Part shown: one piece after another, positions 34,541 to 45,734 of the stretch
How positions within the stretch are numbered: position 1 is the stretch's first letter
Layout: each line of letters begins with the position of its first letter
Source: Scyliorhinus canicula
Lineage: Eukaryota
Reading direction: 5' to 3'
DNA: 62,869 nt
Assembly (NCBI RefSeq): GCF_902713615.1
Contig: NW_024055731.1
Span: forward strand, 1-62,869
Notes under the pieces: generated by a model
Databases searched by the model: none
Told to the model about the DNA's origin: nothing
Seen by the model: only the letters and a program-made list of their open reading frames with translations
Position numbers and translations under genes: made by a program

Positions 34541-35439
34541 GTCTGACTGAACCTGTCTGAGTGAATGGGAATGGAATGAGGCAGAGATTGAGAGGAGAGA
34601 GGGAACCCGGGCTCTGTTCAGCTCAATGTTCCACCCACACAAGCCCATTGTGACATCACTCTGGCCGCAACACCAATTGGTTTTGACAATGCCGTCACGG
34701 AACTTCATCATCCCCATGTTTGAAGGTGGCGCCCTCTGGTGCCGGATTAGTTTAATTTCTGTTGGAATGCAGCCATTGAATGGATTGAGGGTGTATTGAA
34801 ATACACAAGAAAACACGAAAATTTCCCAGAAATCTAAACTGGATCTGTTAGGAAGCAGTTTTTACGAATGTTGATGTTTATGTCAGAAATGGATACTAAA
34901 TGGAAGAAATCTTTGCTGGCCGTTTCTTTCCAAATCCTGTGCACGCCAAATGAGAAGTAGTGTTAGACGTTGGATAAAGTGCGGATGTCAACTATTTAAA
35001 TATTACCAGGGACGAGAGCCGTTTATGCAAAAGAACGTTGGCTTCATTTACTTGTAACAAAGGAGGTGGAAGGAAGTCGCAAACGTTTTACTGAAAAACA
35101 TGCATTTTCGATAGCTTGATCGTCTGTAATTGTTCCCATTGGCAGCAGATCCAATGACAAACGATCCCGATTTCACGGCAAAATATGACAGAGAATCATG
35201 TATTTATTAATAATATTCCGACTTGTTAACATCTGGAACACGACACGTAAAATTATGAAAGAAGATTGAATGGCAAATTTCAAAAGGGGATTGTCATAAT
35301 CTGAAAAGAGAAAACAATATGGAAAATGTGGGATGTGAAAAACGATTGGGACAGCATTTTCAAATAGGCACGTGTACGGTAAACCGAATGCTCGTTCCGT
35401 TCCCTAATTTTCTATATTTCTGGGCGATTCATGTCAGTC

Positions 35440-35725
35440 CCCCGCTAATTGTTCTCACTCAGTTGAGCAGTGAGCAGGTGCAGAATGGTCACATGCCTCT
35501 AGAGATTCAACAGTCGCTATTTCCGCTCCACTAGTCTCGCCTGCAGCTGATACCAGCCGCATAGTGTGACTAGTTTAGAGTCTGCGGTGTCCCAGGGAGC
35601 ATTTCCGTTTGCTGCACTCATTCTGAAACGATTGTTCTGTTGGACACATTGCTGCACATGGTCCATTCGTGACATGGAGTAGGTCAGCAATTCAGTGGTC
35701 TGGAATCTTGTATTTCTGCTCCACC
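35440..35725 (+). promoter_or_regulatory. Orphan family C upstream block (no V follows)
   Basis: Paralogous to 27440-27770 and 31720-32000; a SINE follows directly. Confidence 0.55.
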
Positions 35726-35736
35726 TGATCACTTCT

Positions 35737-36035
35737 AATAATAATAATCTTTATTGTCACAAGCCAGGCTGACATGAACACGGCAATGAAGTTACTGTGA
35801 AATGCCCCTAGTCGCCACATTCCGGCGCCTGTTCGGGTACACAGAATTCAGAATGTCCAATTCACCGAACAGTACGTCTTTCGGGACTTGTGGGAGGAAA
35901 CTGGAGCACCCGGAGGAAACTCACACAGACACGGGAGAATGTGCAGACTCCGCACAGACAGTGACCCAAGCCGGGAATCGAACCCGGGCATCTGGGGCTG
36001 TGAAGCAACAGTGCTACCCACTGTGCTACCGTGCT
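35737..36035 (-). mobile_element. tRNA-derived SINE (variant with TTATTA tail)
   Basis: Same head as HE1 with an alternative 3' end; related copies at about 37100-37380 (+) and 39793-40103 (-). Confidence 0.85.
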
Positions 36036-36994
36036 CACAATGTACTGAAGAGGGACTAATTCAGGATCCGTCTGGTTCCACTCCTCAACATGATCTTACT
36101 TCTCAGAAAATATTTCCCTCACTTTAAAACTCAATTTTTCCCTGACTGATTTTTTTCTCTCAAATATCACTGATTCTACTTGTTTGTCTAATAGTCCTAT
36201 TTTTCTCAAATCCTTGGAGCACTTCATATTTCATTTCAACTTTTGTAATTTACCACAATTTCCTCTTCAGTTACCTCATGGGACACGACGTGCCTCTTAT
36301 CCCTCCTATTTGGGCTGTGTGCAGTTAAAATGGCAGCCAGATGCTGGTCTCCTCAGAAACCCCGGAATTAACACACAGTAACATTGGCTTTTTCTCATCA
36401 CTGCTTCCATGTGATAGACTGACCCCTAAAAGACAATGTACATGCCCTTGTCTTTAAAAAACAATGAAGTCCTGATTCCACACAAGAAACCTGAGATCTT
36501 TGTTTTTTTCGAAGCATCACTTGGTCCTCTATACGTGATATGAAACTAAGCATTGAACAAATAGCATCGAGCGTAGTTCAGTTAACCATTCGAACCTTCA
36601 GTAAGGTGACCAATGATCAGATTGGGGCTTGAGGTCCAATTTCCTTCCTGACCTTCAAAAACGGGAACTCGTTTGAAAATCAGATGCTTTCTTAGAGATC
36701 AAAAGCGACATCGGTTTTTTTCCAATCAGGCACAGTTGAAAATGTTTACCTTGAAAAAGCAGCAATGGCGGGAAGTGAGAAAGTCCCTGAATTCAGTTTC
36801 TCGCATAAACCTCAGGAATTGTCGTACTGGTTTGGAACCATTTGCCAATCTTTTTGACAAATTGCTGGATCCAATTAAAAATTATCTGCATAGAGTCATC
36901 CCTTATTAATATCTGTGTAATTTGCAATATATGGAAAGCTATCACTTGATTACAATAATGGTCTGTCTACCAATGTTTGTTTTGTGTTTGCATG

Positions 36995-37085
36995 TCTATG
37001 TGTGTGTGTGTGTGTGTTTGTGTGACAGAGTGTATGTTATGTGTGTATGTGTGTGTGTTGGAACTGCGTGCGTGCATGTGTGCAT
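36995..37085. repeat. Imperfect (GT)n microsatellite
   Basis: Direct inspection. Confidence 0.85.
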
Positions 37086-37099
37086 CATTGCCTTCTGTT

Positions 37100-37380
37100 T
37101 AGGCACACTGTTGCTTCACACTGCTAGGGACTCGTGTTCGATTCCCGGCTTGTGTCACTGTCTTTGCGGAGTCTGTGCATTCTCCCCGTGTCTGTCTGGG
37201 TTTCCTCCGGTTTCCTCCCACAAGTCCCCAAAGACATGCTGTTAGCTGAATTGGGCATTCTGAATTCTCCCTCAATGCACGTGAAAAGGCGCCGGAGTGT
37301 GGCGACTAGGGGATTTTCACAGTAACTTCATTGCAGTGTTAGTGTAAGCCTACTTGTGACACAAATAAAGATTATCATTA
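37100..37380 (+). mobile_element. tRNA-derived SINE (variant tail)
   Basis: GTTCGATTCCCGG B-box, core, AATAAAGATTATCATTA tail. Confidence 0.82.
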
Positions 37381-37646
37381 TGTAGAAATATCTTTAATTT
37401 ACGAACAGGTTATAAATTCTCCAAACACATATTTACAGTTTTTCATGTAAAATGAACAGAAAACACTTTCCAATACCTGCACCTGTTTCTCTCGACTTTT
37501 TAATGATTTAGATATATTTGAAGTCAGACAATTTCTCTCGGCTTTTTAATGATTTAGATTTATTTGAAGTCAGACGATCTCTGGGGTTTTAAAAGTTCAG
37601 ACCCCCCCCCCTTCCTACGCCATCTCTCAATTTTATCACTGCGGCA

Positions 37647-38111
37647 ATGATTTGTACGAGGTTCCCCCTGGTTCTGTCACTGTGTCTCTCAGTCCGCAGT
37701 TATACACCGCGCTGTCAGACAGCCGCAGCTCCCGCATGCTGAAATTCCCCTCACTCCTCGAAGTGTCCAAAGATGCTGAAAATCGACTACCCACACCCAC
37801 TGCTCTGGAAACATGTCCATAATTAGGAATATAGATCCGGAATGAGGGGGCTTTGTCCCGGTCCCGAGTTACAGCTGTGAATAATATGAAGCAGCAATGA
37901 TCGAATAGATGTAGATAGTAGTCACCGACTCTCCTTCAAACTGTGTCAATGTAACCGACTCCTGTGAGACTGAATCTGCGCCACTATGACCTGCAGAAAT
38001 TTAGAAACAAAGGGTATTTAAACAAAATATCATTCTGTTATATCAATGTTATCAAGGTGCCGGCATATATTGCAAATATGGAGAATTAACAGTTAAATGG
38101 AAGATTGCCAT
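37647..38111 (-). pseudogene. TCR V pseudogene (family D)
   Basis: Leader from ATG 38111; exon 37990-37685 GHSGADSVSQESVTLTQFEGESVTTIYIY (first Cys lost) ... SRFSASLDTSRSEGNFSMRELRLSDSAVYNCGLR; RSS CACAGTG-22-ACAAATCAT; CRE at 38384-38391. Confidence 0.88.
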
Positions 38112-38844
38112 GCCAGTACACCATGAAAGGGCAGGTTTTGTAACTTGGGCTCTAATCTGTTAAGAGAGCCGCAGCTGTGAGTAATGAGTAAAATATGTTC
38201 ACCTTCCGGTGGCTTTGAATTTAATGAATTTCCCTGAATTATTTTAAATCAGAATTCAGAAGCTCCGATCTTTCTCTCGATTGGCTGATTCCTGACACTC
38301 AACGGGTGACACCCAATCAGATCACTCTTCTTTTATCCTGCAATTCATCCAATCAGCGTAAAGTTCCTTTGTTCGCCAACACATGACGTCAGAGGAATGC
38401 ACATGGAGCCACTTGGAACTGTTCTCACAACAGCGAATTCGACAGAAGAACAAAAGAGAATAAAATGTGGATTTCGAGTGGGCCATTCGATTCTTCGAAC
38501 CTACTCCGCCAATAAGGTCGTCGTTAATCAATTTGATATCCACGTCCCTGCGTTGTCCCCAAATTCCTCACTTATCTTCATGTCTGCAAATGTATCGATA
38601 TCCGTCTTGAAGCAGTTCAGCGACTGATCAACAACTATTGTCTGATGTATCCAATTCGGAGAGCGGCTCGGTCACAATTAAACCGACGAAATAATGGCAT
38701 TTTACATAGACCTACACATATTCAGCAGCATTAAAAGGGATTGTTCGGGAAAGCTGGTGTTTCGAATGCGCTTTTGGTTATATTAACAGTTCACAATCCA
38801 GGTTACAGATCTGATTCAGTGAGAGGAGGTGAGAGTGCCTTGTT

Positions 38845-38882
38845 GGTTTTTGTACAGACTGACTTGCCTCTGAAGCAGTGTG
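38845..38882 (-). other. RSS (22-bp spacer) of the intact family B V
   Basis: CACACTG (38882-38876), 22 nt, consensus ACAAAAACC (38853-38845). Confidence 0.9.
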
Positions 38883-39329
38883 GGTCTCAGAGCACAGAGA
38901 TACACGGCAGAGTCAGAGACACGGACCTCGACGATCTTTAACTGAACGGTTTTCTTGTGTTTGCCCAAATCAGCAGAAAAACGGTCTGGGACGTCTGAAG
39001 ACTTATCCCACTGTCCCTTTCCGTAGATCCTCAGCAAATATCTCGGAGGTTCGTCGGGGTATTGGAGGTACCAGAAGAGAGTTGGCATAACGCTTTTAGT
39101 TGTGTAATTACAGTTCAATATTACCGCCTGTCCTTCCAGAACCATTAATTCAGGCGAATCCTGGGAAACTGAATCTTGGCCTCTGGTTCCTGTAACAACA
39201 TATAGAAGGTGTCAGAAATCTGGGAGTAAATATAACCCATGAAATACAGACTGAGGATTTAAGCTCACGCTCACCGGGCAGCAAGACCTGCAAGACCATT
39301 ATTATCAGTAAAGCACACAGGGAGCACAT
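38883..39329 (-). CDS. TRAV: Intact TCR alpha/delta-type V gene segment (leader 39329-39275, V exon 39189-38883)
   Basis: Spliced ORF MCSLCALLIIMVLQVLLPG TRGQDSVSQDSPELMVLEGQAVILNCNYTTKSVMPTLFWYLQYPDEPPRYLLRIYGKGQWDKSSDVPDRFSADLGKHKKTVQLKIVEVRVSDSAVYLCALRP. Confidence 0.94.
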
Positions 39330-39483
39330 GGTTCCTGATTGGTCAGTAAACAGCGACACTGTTTCAAATATGTTGTTGTATCGAGCTTTATGTTGAAGAG
39401 TAAACTCAGATCAGAAACAAGTTTCAACTATTGGAAAGATAAGGGACGTTTCTCAGTCCCGCGATTGGTTTTTCTCTCATATA

Positions 39484-39491
39484 TGACGTCA
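39484..39491. promoter_or_regulatory. CRE (TGACGTCA) 155 bp upstream of the intact V leader
   Basis: Perfect CRE adjoining an E-box (CAGCTG). Confidence 0.55.
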
Positions 39492-39792
39492 GCTGTGGAC
39501 CAATTGCTGTCCGTTGAGTATTAAATAGTGTTGGCTCCCACCAATCACATTCCACCCCTTGATGTGTTTGTCTGTCTTTCTCATTGCGTTGCTCTATCTC
39601 AAATTATCAATCAGTCTGCCTCTTTCTCGTTTGAACTCACTTTCCTTCGAATTCAATGTCTTTATTTTCCTTAAGGTAGACTTTTCACTCGAAGTAAAAT
39701 GAAAAGTAATAAAATTCAAAATCAGTTCAGTGAACATAAATTAGTGAATTCCGCCCAACGGATGAACATAATGAATAATTACTGCTGTAATT

Positions 39793-40103
39793 AATAATAA
39801 CAATCTTTATTACTGTCACGAGTAGGCTTACATTAACACCACAATGAAGTGACTGTGAATATCCGCAAGTCGCCACACTCCGGCGACTGTTCGGGTACAC
39901 AGTGGAAGAATTCAGAATGTCCAATTCACTTAACAAGCACGTCTTTCTAGACTTGTGGGAGGAATCCAGAGCACCCGGAGGAAACCCACATAGACACGGG
40001 AAGAACGTGCAGGCTCCGCACAGACAGTGACCCAAGCGGTAGTCTAACGTGGGGACTTGGCTCTGTGCAGCAACAGTGCAAACACTGTGCCACCGTGCCG
40101 CCC
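39793..40103 (-). mobile_element. tRNA-derived SINE (variant tail)
   Basis: Paralogous to 35737-36035. Confidence 0.85.
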
Positions 40104-40713
40104 AGTTGAACCGGGAATTATTATTCACCCAACTTCAAACACCGATGCCGTTCCACTGGGCTCACTGCAGTCCTGCTGAAATGCTGATTTCACTCAGTCA
40201 CTAATTTACGCCGTTAATAATTTCGGACAGAGATGAGGAGATTTTTTTCTATCAGAGGGTTGTGCGACTTTGGAACTCTGTCTTAGAAAGCGGTGGAGGC
40301 ACTGGGTCATTGAACATTTTCAAGGTGGAGTGAGATGGATTTTTGTGGGGTAAGGGAATTAAACATTAAACAATGTGGAACTCGGTACAAAAACAGATCA
40401 GGCGTGAATTTATGAATTGGAGGAAAGGGCACGACTGTCAGAATAGGCAACTTCTGCTTCTATTTCGTATGTACGTTATTCACCTGGGAGGTCTGTAGGT
40501 GTGTGCCTCAGGGGGCCAGAAAATTATTCAATTTGAGCCTGGATGAAAATGATCGCCAGATGTCACATTTCTCAGCTCCGGCAATCATTGACCTCAAGGA
40601 GACAGAAACGTTAAAAAGAGGCTGTATTGACTTGTTTATTCTTTCTACATTTTCTCTGGGATACAACCCCACGTGTTATCCTGATACTGAAACCTTGATT
40701 GTCGACCTGCTCC

Positions 40714-41233
40714 AGTTTGTATATGAGCCCCGCCGGGCCCTCATCCACTGTGGGTCTCAGCGCGCAGTAATACACGGCGCTGTCTATCATCTTCAAATCT
40801 ATCAGGGACAAGTGAAAAGTGCTTTGTGTCGGGTTGAGTTTCCCGCTGAATTGTTCAACGCCGGGAGCCGCCTCGTTAAACCCATTACTATCAGCTCTGA
40901 GCAGATACTGAGGAGCTCGGTGTGGATACTGGCGACACCAGTACAGATAATATACTGCAGCTGAACTCGATACCGAGTAACTGCAGGGTGTTGCTCAATC
41001 GTTCACCCTCTTCTGCTTCAATTCCTTGTTCTGACTGGGACACTGAGTCTTCGTTACTCATTCCTGAAAATAAACAACAAAAATACCGCGGGTTAGAAGG
41101 ACTAAATGGCAGAGGATATGTATCCGGAGATGAAACTGGAAAAATATGACAATTGGGGAATTTCGATAAAGGTTCAACAGAACGCATCTGTGATCAGGAT
41201 AATAACCAGAGACAGACAGAGTTTCACCCTCAT
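40714..41233 (-). pseudogene. TCR V pseudogene (family F)
   Basis: Leader MRVKLCLSLVIILIT 41233-41188 with donor G/ATGCGT instead of GT; exon 41063-40753 frameshifted in FR1, ...CSYSVSSSAAVYYLYWCRQYPHRAPQYLLR...IDSAVYYCALRP; RSS CACAGTG-23-ATACAAACT. Confidence 0.9.
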
Positions 41234-41999
41234 GGTTCCAGTCTGAATTTCAGAAACAGAGACAGTGGTCACTGAATGTACCAGAGCTGCAATTGTAAAA
41301 GTTGAAACAGTCAGAGGGAGGCTGTGACGTCGAATGCGGTCCCCTCTCCGCCCATATTCACGTCTTAAAACAGTCGCTTCCTCTCGAAGGGGATCGTGAT
41401 CGTTCATAAGTGATCAGAGAGCGCCCTCCCGTGGCCAGCCCACCGCATATTGGAAACTGACACACGGGCACAGGGTAAGACCAACAGGAATAGAGATATA
41501 CAATAGTACAGATATATGCCCAGAAACTAAAATAACTTCCAACGTGAATCCACATAAAGTTAGAAGTGTTCTGGAGATTTTTGATACATATTAGTCTGAG
41601 CAGCTAACGACGAAAATAAGTGACTATGTCCGCCTCTCGTGTTCAGCGGAAGCCTCGTATGCAGCACAGAATCAACACAAACATAGACCCAGTGACAAGT
41701 GAACACAACGATAGATGCCGAAACTTATCTATTCACACAGACAAACACTGAAGACAATAAACAAACAGATTATCACAGCCATAGACACAGAAAGTGCAAT
41801 GCAGTCAGAGACGCTGCCAAAAAACCTTCGACAGAGTAAGCTTTCCGAAATAGAATTCCCTGAGGTTGTGTCGGTGTGGTAATGTCGTGTTAGATATTCA
41901 TTGCTATTGAACTGTCCATTTCAGCAGTATTAACACCCGGAATGTATTTCCCATTAATCGTAATCATTGTTTTGTAAAAACGACAAGACAGTAGACCCT

Positions 42000-42140
42000 T
42001 TTAATAAAAGCAAATTACTGCGGATGCTGGAATCTGAAGCGAAAGGGAAAATGCTGGAAAATCTCAGCAAGTCTGGCAGCATCTGTAGGGAGAGAAAAGA
42101 GCTAACGTTTCGTGTCCGATGACTCTTTGTCAAAGCTGGG
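42000..42140 (-). mobile_element. Short Penelope-type terminal fragment
   Basis: AAAAGCAAATTACTGCGGATGCTGG...AACGTTTCG...TTTGTCAAAGCTGG; reverse complement of 29510-29625. Confidence 0.75.
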
Positions 42141-42149
42141 AGTATTTAG

Positions 42150-42760
42150 AAGTGCATGATAAAATAGGACTGAGTCAGCATGGATTCGTCAATGCCTCAC
42201 AAATCAGTTAGAATTCTTTGAGGAGGTAACGAGGAAGTTAGACATAGGAGAACCAGTGGACGTGATCAATTGGGATTTTCAAAAGTCCTTTGACAATATC
42301 ATACAAGAGGCTGTTAAATAAGACAAGAGCCCATGGTCTTTAGGGAAAGATACTGGCATGGAGAGAGGACTGGATGACCACAAAAGGTAGAGAGTGTGGA
42401 CACACGGGTCGTTTTCAAGGAGGGTCTGCGTTAGAACCACAGTCCACAGCTATTCACAGTATACATCAATGAGCTGGAAAAATGAACAGGGCGACATGGT
42501 AGCACAGTGGTTAGCACTGTTGCTTCGCAGCGCCAGGGAATCGGGTTTAATTCCGGCCTTGTATGTCTGTGGGCAGTTGCATATTCTCCCTTTGGCTGCG
42601 GGGATTTCTTCTGGATGTCCCCATTTCCACTCACAGTCCAAAGATCCGCTGGTTGGGTGGGGTTATGGGTAAACCTCGGTAGGGTGCTCTTTCAGAGGGT
42701 CGGTGCAGACTCGCTGGGTCGAATTGCCTCATTTTGCGCTGTAGTGATTCTATGGTTCTA
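42150..42760 (+). mobile_element. CR1 RT fragment followed by a degraded SINE (from about 42489)
   Basis: QHGF..CLTN.LEFFEEVT..LDIGEPVDVI..DFQK.FD motifs; SINE head GGCGACATGGTAGCACAGTGG. Confidence 0.7.
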
Positions 42761-43809
42761 CTCAGTGTTAATGGATGACTGTATGTTTTTCAGGAACCTA
42801 CATTCTGTATGTTTCCGTGACACGAGTGGTTCCGGAGAGGATAAGACAGAATCTGCACCCATTCGAGGGCCTTGGATCGGAAGTCAGGGCCAAATGCTTC
42901 AGTGGGGAGCGGGTGGGGGTGGTTCACCCAGATAGCATCACAGACAACTCATTGAAAGCTCGCCGTTGTTTGATGCTGAACGTTACGGAGATTCCTTGCT
43001 TCGAAGGAAATCCATCAAACTGTGCTCCCCCCCCCCCCCCCCCCCCCCATCCGAATGTTTCAACGGAGAGGAGGCACAGTATGAACGGCTTGTGTCCCAT
43101 TGTAGAGCAATGCCGCCAAATTGGGTTTTGTTGCATTTGCATTTCGGAATCTTATGACATTGTTATTTGGTTGTTTTATTTATTTCTGTACCTTTGTCTG
43201 TTTGTCCATTCCACTCTCGATACAAGTCTTATCCATTGACCAATCTACTGTTGTTATGGCTTGATCGATTCTCTTCAACGATCTCACTATATCTATATCT
43301 ATATCACTATCTATCTCAATGCTCCTGTCGAACGTTCAAAATTAGCTCCTCTCCTGTCTCCTTATGTATGTGTGGATATCCTCCGGGTGCTCCGGTTTCC
43401 TCCGTCAGTCCAAAGATGTGCAGGTTAGGTGGACAGGTCACGCTACATTGCCGCTTAGAGCCCAGGGAGGTACAATTTAGGTAACTGGATTATGGGGATA
43501 GGCCGTGGGAGTGGACCTACGTAGCGTGCTCTTTCGGAGGGGCAGTGCAGATTCGACGGCCCGAATGGCTTCCTTCCGCAGAGTAAGAATTCCATGAAAA
43601 ACGAGCATAATATTAGCAGCATTAATGTTCATTCTATCTGTCCATCAATACGTCTGTCCATTGTGTTCTCAAAAAATAGCAAAATGTTATCAGCTTTAAT
43701 ATCCATTCCCTCTAATCAACCATCCATCTGTCTACACAAACATCAAATAGGTTAGCTGCCTTCATCTTAATTCTTCACTCTGCTCTATGGGATAATATAA
43801 ACTCCGGGT

Positions 43810-44268
43810 GTGATTTCTGGAGATCCAGTCGGGCAGTAACTAACAAAAGCTCAATCTCGCTGAGCATAAATTGTATCTATTCAATCTCCAATGTGAGTTT
43901 TTCTGCCCAGCTTTTATCACCAGAAGCAGAAAATTGTTCCAGCTTTGGTATTTCATGCACATTGCGAAACAAATAATGAAATTAACAAAAAGCAATTATT
44001 GCGAATGCTGGAACCTGAAACAAAACAGAAAATGCTGGATATTCTCTTCAGGTCTGACAGCCTCTGTGGAGATAAAACAGAGCTAACGTTTGGAGTCTGG
44101 ATGCCTCTTCATCATGAAGTTAACAATTGTTTTCCATTCATTATGGGTACGCCAAATAATGTAAATATTTTCACATTGAACGGCTGCAGCTCACTGACAG
44201 CGCTGTTTATTGCTGTGTGCTGGGGACAACACACTGAGAAAGTCCCCGGAATAACTCGATCCAGTACC
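43810..44268 (+). pseudogene. Degenerate TCR V (family G) split by a short Penelope-type fragment (about 43985-44110)
   Basis: GDPVGQ...LSINCIYSISNVSF, FYHQKQKIVPAL; after the insert KYFHIERLQLTDSAVYCCVLG, then heptamer CACACTG (44230-44236) with a weak nonamer. Confidence 0.7.
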
Positions 44269-44281
44269 GTTTGCTGTGACC

Positions 44282-45530
44282 GTGATATGGACGGCGTGGG
44301 CCTGGGGAGGCACAGTAAGAAGTCTTACAACGCCAGGTTAAAGTCCTGATGTGGAGATGCCGGCGTTGGACTGGGGTGAGCACAGTAAGAAGTCTTACAA
44401 CACCAGGTTAAAGTCCAACAGGTTTGTTTCAAACACGAGCTTTCGGAGCACGGCTCCTTCTTCAGGTGAATGGAAAGGCTTGTTCCAGAAATGTTTATAT
44501 AGACACAGTCAGAGATGCCCCGGAATGCGAGCACCTGCAGGCAATCAAATCATCAAAGATGCAGAGAGAGAGGTAACTCCAGGTTAAAGAGGTGTGAATT
44601 GTCCCAAGCCAGTTCAGTCGGTAGGTCTCTGCAAGTCCAGGCTTGTTGGTGGGGGCCGAATGTAATGCGACATGAATCCCAGATCCCGGTTGAGTCCGCA
44701 TTCATGCGTGCGGAACTTAGCTATAAGTTTTTGCTCAGCAATTTTGCGTTGTCGCGTCTCCTGAAGGCCTCCTTGTAGAATGCTGACCCGGAGATCAGAG
44801 GCTGAATGTCCTTGACTGCTGAAGTGTTCCCCAACTGGAAGGGAACAGTCCTGCCTGTTGATAGTCGCACGATGCCCGTTTATTCGTTGTCGCAGTGTCT
44901 GCATGGTCTCGCCAATGTACCACGCTTCGGGACATCCTTTCCTGCAGCGTATGAGGTAGACTACATTGGTCGAGTCGCACGAGTATGCGCCGCGTACCTG
45001 GTGGGTGGTGTTTCCACGTGTAATGGTGGTGTCCATGTCGATGATCTGGCATGTCTTGCAGAGATTACCCTGGCAGGGTTTTGTGGTGTTGTGGTTGCTG
45101 TTCTGAAGGCTGGGTAATTTGCTGCAAACAATGGTTTGTTTGAGGTTGCGCGGTTGTTTGAAGGCCAGTAGTGGGGGTGTGGGGATGACCTTGGCAAGAT
45201 GTCCATCCTCGCTGATGATGTGTTGGAGGCTGCGAAGAAGATGTCGTAGTTTCTCCGCCCCAGGAAAGTACTGGACGACGAAGGGTACTCTGTCAGTGGT
45301 GTCCCGTGTTTGTCTTCTGAGGAGGTCGGTGCGGTTTTTTGCTGTGGCGCGGTGGAACTGTCGATCAATGAGTCGAGCGCCATATCCCGTTCGTACGAGG
45401 GTTAAAGTCCAACAGGCTTGTGTCCAATCACTCGATTTCGGAGCGCAGGTTCTTCCTCAAATCATTCACCTGAGGAAGAGGTTACGCTCCGAAAGCTAGT
45501 TCGATGCAAACCTGTCGGAATTTAACCTGG
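44282..45530 (-). mobile_element. Penelope 3' portion (GIY-YIG) with a partially duplicated end and a short inverted terminal copy at 45400-45530; hammerhead at 44434-44468
   Basis: Near-identical to 15976-17030; ORF 44614-45036 VVYLIRCRKGCPEAWYIGET. Confidence 0.9.
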
Positions 45531-45734
45531 TTTTCTGTGAGGCCATTCAATGGGAAATGCATGAAAGCCGACCACCAGGTGGCGCATCCCACCGCATTTC
45601 ACTTTGCAGGAACCAGCATTATTTTAACTGCTGCATTGTCTTTTGGTGGTTTTCTGTGCCCCTTGCCGCTTCTCACACATGGAAATGGATTAAATACTGT
45701 CCAGTTGCCTCACTTAGTGGCCGGGTGTTACATA

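Noticed and set aside
42795-43100. Acceptor plus weak V-like words (WFTQ) ending in GAGG-CACAGTA
   Set aside because: No conserved Cys pair or nonamer; interrupted by poly-C; too weak to call.
21206-44268. NAR-TCR cassette (NAR-type V-D-J upstream of a leaderless V-delta) or IgH-like V segments
   Set aside because: No D or J segments and no IgH- or NAR-type framework recognised; V genes here mostly retain their own leader or leader remnant.
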